DNA from: Candidatus Marinacidobacterales bacterium | GTDB lineage: Bacteria > Acidobacteriota > Vicinamibacteria > Marinacidobacterales > DATDRI01 | Direction: 5' to 3' | Length of the DNA: 64,000 nucleotides | Assembly (NCBI GenBank): GCA_965226495.1 | Contig: OZ245365.1 | Span: 32,001-96,000 of the forward strand | Shown here: positions 9,473-18,621 of the stretch, piece after piece | How positions within the stretch are numbered: the stretch's first letter is position 1 | Layout of the letters: every line of letters starts with the position of its first letter | The notes under the pieces: model-generated | Seen by the model: the letters and a program-made list of their open reading frames with translations, nothing else | Databases searched by the model: none | What the model was told of the DNA's origin: nothing | Program-made: the position numbers and the translations under genes

Positions 9473-10580
9473 TTAACTACGAATCTGTAGCTGTCCTGCT
9501 GGTATGTCGGCGATTCGCGAGAGGGGGGACGTCTCGGCTTCGCCGGGTGAAAGCAACCCAAAAATTTCATCCGTGATGCCGAAGGTGGCCATCGCGTTTC
9601 GCAGGTCGTCGACCGGCTTGTCTTGTCCTTCCTCCGAGAGGCGGAACGTGCCGTAGTGCATCGCGAGACTTCGAAAGGCCCCGAGCTCTCGGTGCGCCCG
9701 CACCGCTTCGGCGGGATTCAGATGCACCGGCCCCATCAACCACTGGGGTTCGTAGGCGCCGATGGGAAGGATGGCTAGCCGTATGGGACCGAATGTCTCC
9801 GCCGTCTCCACGAAGTGCGCGCCGTAGCTCGTATCCCCCGCGAAGTACACGCCTCCGCCCGGGCTCGCTATCAGAAAACTCACCCAAAGGTTTCGTTGTC
9901 GATCGACGAACCCGCGTCCGGAGAAATGACGGCAGCGTTCCGCAATGATCGAGATCGGCTCGACGTCGAACGCCTCACCCCAGTCGAGCTCGCGTATACG
10001 CTCGATCCCGTGTCGTTTGAGCATCGCACGATTGCCCAGCCCGACGACGAACTCGGGATCGTGCTTTTTCGCGAGCGCATTCAGGGTGGGGATGTCCGTA
10101 TGATCGTAGTGGTTGTGACTGACGAGGACAAAATCGATCGGCGGAAGCTCGGCGAGTGCCAATCCCGGGGCATGACGTCGGCGTGGACCGATAAAAGAGA
10201 AGGGGCTCGCGCGTTCGGACCAGACCGGGTCGGTCAGCAAGTTGATGCCGTCGAGCTGAATGAGTGTCGTGGCGTGGTTGATGAAAGTGACCCTTAGCTC
10301 GCCGGGACCCACTCGTTCGGGAGGAGGGGGGCGCCTTCGGTATGTCGCGCCAATTGTCCCAAGGCCCCGAGTTCGTCGTAAGCAGATACCGGATGCCCTT
10401 GCCAAAATTCGGAAGCTCCACCGGTTCCCGATTTCGGAAATGCTCACCATCGAAATGATCGGTTTCCGGGCCCGAGTAGCCGGGTGCGCTGACCCAGCGC
10501 CCGATGACGTTCGAGACGATGAAAACGAGTCCAACGACACCCAGAAACGCATAGAGCATAGTAACCAGTAGTCCCTTCAT
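9473..10580 (-). pseudogene. MBL-fold metallo-hydrolase (NAPE-PLD/RomA-like) split by a 1-nt frameshift
   Basis: N-terminal part (TM helix, DHFDGEHFRN) lies in ORF 9975..10580; catalytic part (HATTL, TDPVWS, SHNHYDH, FAGDT, PIGAYEP, MHYGTF) lies in ORF 9473..10552; the frames join at the G6 run 10326-10331. Confidence 0.8.
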
Positions 10581-10655
10581 CCGGTAGGACCGGGCCTGCT
10601 AAGCCTAGGGCCGTGACCGAACCCTCCAGGGGGGTCAGCGCACATGAACGCCCGC

Positions 10656-10955
10656 TTACTTACGTTTGCGGGACGCTTTGGGTCGGGCTCCAGCTTTCCG
10701 TCTCGCCGAGCGGCGGGAATCCGAAGATTTCGCCTGGCGCGTTCGTGCCGCGCTCGGCTCGTATCTCCAAAGCGTTCCGTCCACCATCCCACTCACGAGG
10801 AGTCGCCCGTCGACGATCGAGCAGCCGTTGAAATACGCGCCCTTCTCACGTTGGACCCCCACCACGCGACCTTCGACCAGGTCGACTGTCACGATATACC
10901 CACCCTCATCGACTACGCCATCCGGTTTTCGTACGCGCTGGGCTGCGAATCCCAT
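10656..10955 (-). CDS. small hypothetical protein or gene fragment
   Basis: Protein-like beta-rich N-terminal half; co-oriented downstream of xerC; no family recognised. Confidence 0.3.
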   Translation of the reverse strand: MGFAAQRVRKPDGVVDEGGYIVTVDLVEGRVVGVQREKGAYFNGCSIVDGRLLVSGMVDGTLWRYEPSAARTRQAKSSDSRRSARRKAGARPKASRKRK

Positions 10956-11034
10956 AGCGTGGGCGCCGCGCGTTCCGCTTCGACGATCGTTTTCCCGTTA
11001 GATCGGTTCAGAATCAGAAGATGGCCATTGTTAG

Positions 11035-11937
11035 TCAGGCCTTCGGATGACTCTTCTCGTACACCTTCAAAAGCCTGGCTGTCGAAAGGTGAGTGTACTT
11101 CTGCGTCGTCGATAGGCTCGAGTGGCCGAGCAGTTCTTGTATCGATCGCAAGTCCGCTCCACGTTCGAGTAGGTGTGTGGCAAAGGCGTGTCTGAGGCTG
11201 TGAGGCGAAAGCCCCGAGCGAAGCGCCGCCTGCGTCAAATACTTTCGAACCAGGCGGTGGACGCTCCGTGAAGTGAGTCGCTGTCCGCGCGCGTTCAGGA
11301 AGAGCGCGTCGGTGCCCGGTCCTCGCCGGGCGAGCTCTTGTCGGTCTTGAATGTAATTTTCGAGAGCCGCCGCCGCTGGCTCACCGTAAGGGACGAGCCG
11401 TTCTTTGCGTCCCTTTCCTTGGGCTCGCACCAGTCGCGCATCCCGTTCGATGGAGCTGCGATCGAGCCCCACCAATTCGCCGACCCGGAGTCCCGTTGCG
11501 TAGATCAACTCTAAGATCGCGTAGTCGCGCCTCCCGAGCGGCTCTGTCCTGTCCGGAGAGTCGATGAGTCTCTCGACCTCGCTTTCTTCCATGCGATCAG
11601 GGATTTTCTTTTCTTGCCGAGGGGTTGCGATCAAACGAGCCGGGTTCTTCTCGAGTCTCCCTTCGCGTGTGAGAAATCGGAAGAACGTGCGAAGGGCGGC
11701 GAGCTTGCGAGCGATCGAAGATCGCGCCGTCCCTTTGTTGTGTAGGTGAGCAAGAAACCCGCGGAGCGTCAGCACGTCGACGTCCCCGGGAGTGAGCTTC
11801 TTGGGGTCCATGCCCCACTCATCGACGAGAAAGCCGGTGAACTGATTGAGGTCGGCGCGGTAACTCTTGACGGTGTGCGCGGAGACTCCGCGCCGGTGTT
11901 CCAAATCGTCCAAAAACGCTTTCTGGGCGCCCAGCAT
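11035..11937 (-). CDS. xerC: tyrosine recombinase XerC
   Basis: SAHTVKSY, RKLAALR, YATGLRVGEL, GKGRKER, HSLRHAFATHLL, LLGH, TTQKYTH; topA-trmFO-xerC context. Confidence 0.93.
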   Translation of the reverse strand: MLGAQKAFLDDLEHRRGVSAHTVKSYRADLNQFTGFLVDEWGMDPKKLTPGDVDVLTLRGFLAHLHNKGTARSSIARKLAALRTFFRFLTREGRLEKNPARLIATPRQEKKIPDRMEESEVERLIDSPDRTEPLGRRDYAILELIYATGLRVGELVGLDRSSIERDARLVRAQGKGRKERLVPYGEPAAAALENYIQDRQELARRGPGTDALFLNARGQRLTSRSVHRLVRKYLTQAALRSGLSPHSLRHAFATHLLERGADLRSIQELLGHSSLSTTQKYTHLSTARLLKVYEKSHPKA

Positions 11938-13268
11938 CAGTGAGGCGTTTCTTTCGTGATGGTAACGGAGTTCGCTGAGGCGGCGAAGTCATCGATGTCG
12001 TTCAAGGCGCGTCGCCCGAGCTCCCGTTTGCGTTCGCTCTTTTTTCGCACGTGTGTTTCGAGGCGCGGGAAGAGTCCAAACGCAATGTTCGTGGGCTGAT
12101 AATTCTCGGTGTTGGAGTGAGAGATGTAGAACGCCAGCGACCCCAAAGCCGTGGTGCGCGGTGGCGTCAAAGGCGTCAGCTCACGAGACAATCGAGCCGC
12201 GTTGATCCCGGCGAGAAGCCCAGAGGCCGCCGATTCGGTATAGCCTTCCACTCCCGAGATCTGCCCGGCAAAGAACAAGTCGGCGCGTTGGCGCGTCTGA
12301 AACGTTGATCTCAACACCGCGGGCGAGTTGATATATGTGTTGCGATGGATCATTCCGAAGCGGGAAAACTCGGCGTTCTCGAGGCCGGGGACCATCCGGA
12401 GCAGATTCCTCTGTTCGCCCCACTTGAGCTGATTCTGAAAACCGACGATGTTGTAGAGGCTCGCGGCCAAATCGTCCTGGCGAAGTTGCACTACGGCGAA
12501 AGGCCGTTTTTCGGTGCGGGGGTCGATCAGGCCGACCGGTTTCAGGGGGCCGAAGCGGAGCGTGTCGTAGCCACGACGCGCCATGACCTCGATGGGAAGG
12601 CATCCTTCGAAGAACTTGTCGATGTCGTGGAGATCGACGGAGGCGGCCGATACCAGCGTTTCATGGAATCGCTGGTACTCCTCCTCGTTCATTGGGCAAT
12701 TGATGTAATCGTCCCCACCCTTCCCATAGCGTGAGGCGCGAAATGCCTTGGTCATGTCAATGCTTTCCGCTTCCACCACCGGGCTGAGCGCATCGTAGAA
12801 GTAAAGACTCTGTTTGCCGGTGAATCGAGTAATCGACTCCGTCAGCGCTTCCGAAGTGAGAGGTCCACTCGCGACCACGACGATCCCTTCTTCCGGGATC
12901 GAAGGGACTTCTTCTCGGCGCAGCGTGATTTTCGGAGAGCGAGTGATCGCTTCGGTCAAATGAGAGGCGAAGAGGTTACGGTCGACCGCAAGGGCGGAGC
13001 CGGCGGGTACTCGCGCTCGGTCCGCTGCTTGCATCACCAGGGAGTCGAGCCGCCTCATCTCCTCCTTCAAAACGCCGTGAGCGGTTTCGAGGCGATCGGA
13101 TCGGAGGGAATTGCTACAAACAAGCTCGGCCAGTTGGTCAGTGCGATGGACGGGAGTTGGACGGTGGGGTCGCATCTCGAAGAGATGAACCGGGGTGTCC
13201 CTTTTGGCAATCTGCCAGGCCGCTTCGACTCCCGCTAGCCCGCCGCCGATTACCGTGACGTGCGGCAT
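11937..13268 (-). CDS. trmFO: folate/FAD-dependent tRNA U54 methyltransferase
   Basis: GGGLAGVEAA, AELVCSNSL, VPAGSALAVDR, FEGCLPIE, FGPLKPVGL, FAGQISGVEGY. Confidence 0.96.
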   Translation of the reverse strand: MPHVTVIGGGLAGVEAAWQIAKRDTPVHLFEMRPHRPTPVHRTDQLAELVCSNSLRSDRLETAHGVLKEEMRRLDSLVMQAADRARVPAGSALAVDRNLFASHLTEAITRSPKITLRREEVPSIPEEGIVVVASGPLTSEALTESITRFTGKQSLYFYDALSPVVEAESIDMTKAFRASRYGKGGDDYINCPMNEEEYQRFHETLVSAASVDLHDIDKFFEGCLPIEVMARRGYDTLRFGPLKPVGLIDPRTEKRPFAVVQLRQDDLAASLYNIVGFQNQLKWGEQRNLLRMVPGLENAEFSRFGMIHRNTYINSPAVLRSTFQTRQRADLFFAGQISGVEGYTESAASGLLAGINAARLSRELTPLTPPRTTALGSLAFYISHSNTENYQPTNIAFGLFPRLETHVRKKSERKRELGRRALNDIDDFAASANSVTITKETPH

Positions 13269-13294
13269 TTTGCTATGTGTCTAGGCCATTGTGT

Positions 13295-15796
13295 CTAGGT
13301 GGCGCTGGTTTCCGCGGTTTCCGCACTCTCCTCGGTTTCCTCGGTTTCCTCGGTTTTCGCGGCGGTGCGTTTGAACTTGCACTCTTCCTTGTAACAGGCC
13401 AAATAGTCCCCGTCGCGCTTGGAAGTCTTTTCTATCAACAGCGGAGCGCCACACTCCGGGCAGGGCTCGTTCACCGGCTTGTACCAGACGGTGAAGTCGC
13501 AGTCGGGATATTGGCCACAGCCATAAAAGAGCTTGCCGCGTCGCGAGCGTCGCTCGACAATCTGTCCGCCGCAGGCTTCTTTCGGGCAAGCCACGCCGAT
13601 TTCCTTCTGCTTGATGTATTTGCAGTCCGGATAGTTGCTGCAGGCGGTGAACTCTCCGAAGCGACCATGTTTGAGAACCAAGTGGTTCTCGCAGCGGGGA
13701 CACTTCTCGTCGAGCGCAACATCCGCCTTCGACGCTACACTTCCGTCCTTGCCACGAAGGATGCGTCGCGTATTCTTGCAATCGGGATACCCCGAGCAGG
13801 CTAGAAACTGACCGTAGCGGCCCTTCTTGAGTACCATGGGCTTCGTGCATTTCTCGCAGGTCTCGCCTTCGAAATTGTCTGGATCGGCGGAACCGTTGAC
13901 CCCGTAATTTTGCACCTCGCGGGTGTTCCGGCACTCGGGATAGGCCGAGCAGGCGAGAAAGTGTCCGAACCGGCCCCACTTGATGACCATCTTCGAGTTG
14001 CACTTATCGCAGGTTTCTTCGGTAGGGATCTCTTGTGCCTTCACGTTGGTCATGTTGGTCTGGGCTTCTTCGAGATCCTTGCGGAACTTCTTGTAGAACT
14101 CGTCGACCGTGGAGAGGTAATTTGCTCTGCCCTCCTCGATATCGTCCAGGAGCTCCTCCATACGAGCGGTGTATTCCACCTCCATGAGGTCGGCGAAGTT
14201 CTTGGTCAACAGATCGGTGACCAGGAAACCGAGCTCGGTGGGCACGAACTTGCGTTGTTCCTTATTGACGTACTCTCGATACTGAAGCACGGAAAGGATC
14301 GACGCGTAGGTGCTCGGACGGCCGATACCTTTCTCTTCGAGCTCCTTGACCAGAGACGCCTCGGTGAATTGCGGCGGCGGCTGGGTGAAGTGCTGCTCCG
14401 GGTTGATCGACTGGCGGCTTAGTTGCTCATCCTTCTCGAGCTTCGGGAGCTTGCCAGAGGTCTCGGTAGGAGGGGCCTTGGTATCCGCTTCATCCGTCTC
14501 GGAATCCTTTTTGGTGGCTTCCTCGTCCTTGCCTTCCTCGTAGAGGCCGAGAAAGCCCGGGAACTTCATCACTGAACCGCGCGCCCTCAGGTCGTAGCGG
14601 CCGGCCTTGATGTCCACCACGGTCTCATCGAAGACGGCGGGCGGCATCTGGGACGCAACGAACCGATTCCAGATGAGCTTGTAGAGCTTGTACTCGTCCT
14701 TGTCGAGATAGTCCGAGACACTATCCGGCTCGCGCATGGAGGAGGTAGGCCGGATGGCCTCGTGCGCGTCTTGAGCCCCTTTCTTGCTTCGAAAAACGTT
14801 CGGTTTGTCGGGAACCATTTCCTTCCCGAAGCGCTGGCCGATGTACTCGCGAACTTCTTCCAAGGCTTCGTTGGCCACTCGCGTCGAATCGGTCCTCATA
14901 TAGGTGATGAGACCGATCGGACCTTCGCTGCCGAGCTCGATGCCTTCGTAGAGCCTCTGCGCGACCATCATGGTGCGCTTGGCAGTGAAGCTGAGCTTGC
15001 GCGCCGCCTCCTGCTGGAGCTTGCTGGTGATGAAGGGCGGGACCGGGTGTCGCTTCCGCTCTTTGGCGGTAATCTTGGCGATCTGAAACTCGAGTTTTTC
15101 GAGCTCGGACGTAACCTCGCGAGCCCGTTCCTCGTTGTTGATGTCGAAGGCCTTGCCTTTGATCTTGACGAGCTTGGCCATGAACGAGGGAGGCTCTTTT
15201 CCAAGAAGCTCCGCATGGATCGACCAGTACTCTTCCGACTTGAAGGCCTGGATTTCTCGTTCGCGGTCACACACGAGACGTAGAGCAACCGATTGAACGC
15301 GTCCCGCGGATAGCCCTCGACGTACCTTGTCCCAAAGGAGGGGTGAGAGCTGATAACCCACCAAGCGATCTAGGACTCTCCTCGCTTGCTGTGCGTCGAC
15401 TTTGTTCTGGTCGATCTCCCCGGGGTTTTTGAAGGCCTCCTGAATCGCTTTCTTGGTGATTTCGTTGAACATCACACGATGGATCTTGTTCTTCGGTCCC
15501 TTCAGCTCTTCGGCGAGATGGAAACAGATGGCCTCACCTTCACGATCGGGGTCGGGCGCTAAGTAGACATCCTTGACCTTCTTGGCCGCCTGCTTGAGCT
15601 CGGTGAGCAATTTTTTGCGCTTCGGAATGACGACGTAATTTGGATTGAAACCCTTGTCGACATCCACACCAAGCTTGCTCTTCGGCAAGTCCCGGACGTG
15701 TCCCATGGAGGCTTTGACCAGGTAGTCCCGTCCCAGGAATTTGTTGATGGTTTTCGCCTTCGCAGGCGACTCTACGATAACCAGCGATTTGGCCAT
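13295..15796 (-). CDS. topA: DNA topoisomerase I with C-terminal Zn-ribbon repeats
   Basis: IVESPAKAKTI, DPDREGEAI, SAGRVQS, LITYMRTDS, QDAHEAIRPT, GIGRPSTYA; four CxxC...C..YP.C ribbons. Confidence 0.97.
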   Translation of the reverse strand: MAKSLVIVESPAKAKTINKFLGRDYLVKASMGHVRDLPKSKLGVDVDKGFNPNYVVIPKRKKLLTELKQAAKKVKDVYLAPDPDREGEAICFHLAEELKGPKNKIHRVMFNEITKKAIQEAFKNPGEIDQNKVDAQQARRVLDRLVGYQLSPLLWDKVRRGLSAGRVQSVALRLVCDREREIQAFKSEEYWSIHAELLGKEPPSFMAKLVKIKGKAFDINNEERAREVTSELEKLEFQIAKITAKERKRHPVPPFITSKLQQEAARKLSFTAKRTMMVAQRLYEGIELGSEGPIGLITYMRTDSTRVANEALEEVREYIGQRFGKEMVPDKPNVFRSKKGAQDAHEAIRPTSSMREPDSVSDYLDKDEYKLYKLIWNRFVASQMPPAVFDETVVDIKAGRYDLRARGSVMKFPGFLGLYEEGKDEEATKKDSETDEADTKAPPTETSGKLPKLEKDEQLSRQSINPEQHFTQPPPQFTEASLVKELEEKGIGRPSTYASILSVLQYREYVNKEQRKFVPTELGFLVTDLLTKNFADLMEVEYTARMEELLDDIEEGRANYLSTVDEFYKKFRKDLEEAQTNMTNVKAQEIPTEETCDKCNSKMVIKWGRFGHFLACSAYPECRNTREVQNYGVNGSADPDNFEGETCEKCTKPMVLKKGRYGQFLACSGYPDCKNTRRILRGKDGSVASKADVALDEKCPRCENHLVLKHGRFGEFTACSNYPDCKYIKQKEIGVACPKEACGGQIVERRSRRGKLFYGCGQYPDCDFTVWYKPVNEPCPECGAPLLIEKTSKRDGDYLACYKEECKFKRTAAKTEETEETEESAETAETSAT

Positions 15797-15947
15797 GATC
15801 CTAGTTTAGCGCCTCATGCAAGTTTTTTACCAACGGAGGTTCAAACAGGGATTCCGTCTCCCCCATTTATCCAGATCAAAGGTCGTCACTAACGAGTATC
15901 TCGGTCAGCATCAACCGAGGGCTCAACTCGGCTAATGAGTCCGACAG

Positions 15948-17072
15948 TCATCCTTTAATCCAGTAAAAACCTCCAGGCAACCCACTCACCAGCCCCTTGA
16001 TCCGAAGGCCGGCGAGCGCGGCCATAACCCTCGCCGGCGAAATGCCGGCGAGCTCGATCAAACGATCCGTATCTACTGTGCCAGAGTGTCGTAATCTATT
16101 GAACACGATCTGCTCGTCTTCTACAAGTTCCTTCGGGGAGACAGCCGATCGTCCATCCGCAGGCCCCCCTTCGGCTAGTCGCTCTTGGATCTCTGGTCTC
16201 AGCTCGTCGAGCACGTCCCCGACACAGGTGACGAGCTTGGCGCCATCTTGGATGAGTCGATGGACGCCGGTCGTGGTCTTGGAGTCGATCGGACCGGGTA
16301 CCGCGAACACTTCGCGGTTCTGCTCGAGCGCGTGACGAGCCGTAATGAGTGAGCCGCTTCGCTCCGCGGCCTCGACGACGACAGTTCCCAAGGTCATGCC
16401 GGCAATAACGCGATTGCGCATAGGAAAATGGCCAGGCAGCGGCGGACTCGTGAGTGGCAATTCTGAGATCACCGCGCCTTTCTCCGAGATCTCTTCTGCG
16501 AGCCGCCGGTGCTCGGGTGGGTAGATTCGATTGAGGCCGGAGCCCAAGACCGCAATCGTCCGTCCCCCCACTTCGAGTGCTGCACGGTGAGCCACGGCGT
16601 CGATGCCGCGCGCCATGCCGCTGACGATCGAGGCGCCTCGTCGAGCCAGTTCCGCAGCCAGTCTGTGACAGACAGCCATGCCGTAGGCGCTCGCCCGGCG
16701 CGAGCCGACCAGGGCGATGGAGTTTTCGTCGTCCTCGTCCAGGCTGCCCCATAAATAGAGGACCAGTGGAGGATCCACGGTCATCTTGAGAGAGGGTGGG
16801 TAATCGGCGGCCATCAAATCGAGAAGCCGGAACCCTTGCCGTGTAGCGTTTCGGTACTCGCCCTCGGCCTGTGCGATAAGGGTTCGAGGAATGGGGGAGG
16901 CCAAGCAGGTAAGGGCAGCTCGGTAGCTTTCGAATCGGCGGACTAACTCGACCTTTTTCCGCAACGGTAGCCCGGGGAGAAGGGAGAGGGCGAGGGCGTC
17001 AATCTGGGATGGCTGGGATGGCTGGGCTGGCGGGCCCCCTGGATGTTTGGCTGGGGCAATGGGTCGGTTCAT
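15948..17072 (-). CDS. dprA: DNA-processing protein DprA
   Basis: ALVGSRRAS.YG, IVSGMARGIDA.AH, FPMRNRVIAG, SGSLITA, VFAVPG, LIQDGA. Confidence 0.95.
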   Translation of the reverse strand: MNRPIAPAKHPGGPPAQPSQPSQIDALALSLLPGLPLRKKVELVRRFESYRAALTCLASPIPRTLIAQAEGEYRNATRQGFRLLDLMAADYPPSLKMTVDPPLVLYLWGSLDEDDENSIALVGSRRASAYGMAVCHRLAAELARRGASIVSGMARGIDAVAHRAALEVGGRTIAVLGSGLNRIYPPEHRRLAEEISEKGAVISELPLTSPPLPGHFPMRNRVIAGMTLGTVVVEAAERSGSLITARHALEQNREVFAVPGPIDSKTTTGVHRLIQDGAKLVTCVGDVLDELRPEIQERLAEGGPADGRSAVSPKELVEDEQIVFNRLRHSGTVDTDRLIELAGISPARVMAALAGLRIKGLVSGLPGGFYWIKG

Positions 17073-17208
17073 TCCTTTTTGGCCTCTTAGTCTCAGTAAT
17101 GCCGGTTACAGCAGCGCCGAGGCTGCCCGTCTAAGCTTGGCGCCCGCAGGCTGTGGCATGAGGTAAGGGACGAGAAAAGGGCGGCTTCACCACCCCGCTC
17201 GGCCGTGC

Positions 17209-17237
17209 TTGCAGGACCCTGGGGCGTGGGATAACAT
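17209..17237 (+). promoter_or_regulatory. sigma70-like promoter of the TPR-lipoprotein-Omp85 operon
   Basis: TTGCAG-N17-TAACAT. Confidence 0.5.
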
Positions 17238-17289
17238 ACGGTGGCCTGCCTGCCCCCTGTGAAGGCGGCTTTTTTCATCTGACCGCCCC

Positions 17290-17703
17290 GTGCTAGGAAC
17301 GCCTATGCGAAAGCTCGAGCACCGGTTGAGATCACGGATTACCACCCTCCTTGCACTCGCGCTCTTAGCCCTTGCCTGCCCGGCGTTCGCCGATCAGAAA
17401 CCCGAAGAGGTTGCCAAGAAGGAAGTCGAATTCGGGATCGAAGTTGCCCGAATCGGCCTCTGGCGCGAGGCGGTTTATCGATGGCAAAAAGCCGTAGAGA
17501 TCGACCCGTCGAACGCAAGTGCTCGTAACAACCTTGGGGTTGCCTACGAGCAAGCTGGCCAGTTCGACCTCGCCGACGAACAATACAAGCGGGCGCTCGA
17601 GCTGGACTCCAACAACCTGTACATTCGTCAGAACTACGAGCTTTTCAGGGAAGCCTATGAAAAAAGAAAGAGGAAGACCGGACGCAGCCGCCGTAGTCCG
17701 TAA
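17290..17703 (+). CDS. exported TPR protein
   Basis: Signal peptide (AFA|D); AVEIDPSNASARNNLGVAYEQAG, ALELD TPR motifs. Confidence 0.85.
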   Translation: MLGTPMRKLEHRLRSRITTLLALALLALACPAFADQKPEEVAKKEVEFGIEVARIGLWREAVYRWQKAVEIDPSNASARNNLGVAYEQAGQFDLADEQYKRALELDSNNLYIRQNYELFREAYEKRKRKTGRSRRSP

Positions 17704-18514
17704 CCTTAGGAAGTTTGCCGCTAAAGTAGGAACCGGCGCTCTAGCCCTTACCGGAACCCTGTTCGCCATTTCCTTGGGCTCCTGTACCAATTACTACGAA
17801 GTACCGATCGAGATCCCGGTATCCGCTAAGCTCGATGTCTCCAACTACAACCGCGTCCTGGTCGCGAGTTTCGTCACTCAGACGACGGAAGACCTGGATC
17901 TCGATGCCGAAACGGTTCGCCTTTTGCGTAACCAGCTTCGAACACGTTCTCAGTTGCGGGTCTTGGAAGCGGAACTGGCGCCGCTCGGAGATTTTTCTGA
18001 GACGACTTTGAAGGGGAGCGGAAAGCTCGAGGAGTTCCGTCAACTGGAGGAGGAGGCGAGAGCCGAGGGCGAGGAAGAGATATCGAGGCAAGAGTGGATC
18101 GATATGGAGCAAGACAAGCTGCTTGCCGACTCAGACTATTGGAAGAAGATCGGTGAAGAGTATCAAGATCCCCTCATCGTCAGCGGCCGATTAACATTCA
18201 GCTCCGAGGCACGGTCTGGTTTTGCTCGAGGTGACCGCTACGTGCGGGACGCCTACGGCCGCCCGCGCTTGGTCCGCAGCACGCAGTTTCAGGAGAGGAC
18301 CGGCTTCATCTTGAACGCGGAGTTCTATTTCATCGATGGGCGTACCGGCAAATCAATTCACCGCGAGCGGTTTACCGAAGAGGTAATCTACGGTCGGGAC
18401 GAGAAAACTTCGGCCCTGTCCTCCTATTTCGAGCTGATGGATCGTTTGCTGCCCAATTTCCTGAGTATCCTGAGCCCCCAAACATTTCGAGGAACGCGTA
18501 TTCTCTTGAAATGA
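17657..18514 (+). CDS. lipoprotein, possibly CsgG/LpoB-like alpha/beta fold (start uncertain)
   Basis: Hydrophobic stretch with lipobox LGSC; IDGRTGKSI-type motif near the C-terminus. Confidence 0.7.
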   Translation: MKKERGRPDAAAVVRNLRKFAAKVGTGALALTGTLFAISLGSCTNYYEVPIEIPVSAKLDVSNYNRVLVASFVTQTTEDLDLDAETVRLLRNQLRTRSQLRVLEAELAPLGDFSETTLKGSGKLEEFRQLEEEARAEGEEEISRQEWIDMEQDKLLADSDYWKKIGEEYQDPLIVSGRLTFSSEARSGFARGDRYVRDAYGRPRLVRSTQFQERTGFILNAEFYFIDGRTGKSIHRERFTEEVIYGRDEKTSALSSYFELMDRLLPNFLSILSPQTFRGTRILLK

Positions 18515-18621
18515 CCGACAACGATCTGATTCAACAACGATAGCAATCCAAGCTAGCGAAGCCGCTTCTTTCTTCGCTCGGTCTTGGGATCAACAGGTAG
18601 ATTCAGCAGCGAGGTACGGCA

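Noticed and set aside
11035-11937. Phage integrase or mobile element
   Set aside because: Housekeeping XerC in the conserved dprA-topA-trmFO-xerC context
13305-13360. 9-bp tandem repeat at the topA 3' end
   Set aside because: Encodes a low-complexity ETE/ETA acidic tail; a similar 9-bp repeat occurs in the dprA 5' end; no further structure
17090-17290. 6S RNA or other ncRNA in the dprA/TPR intergenic region
   Set aside because: No long rod-like pairing seen; explained by divergent promoters
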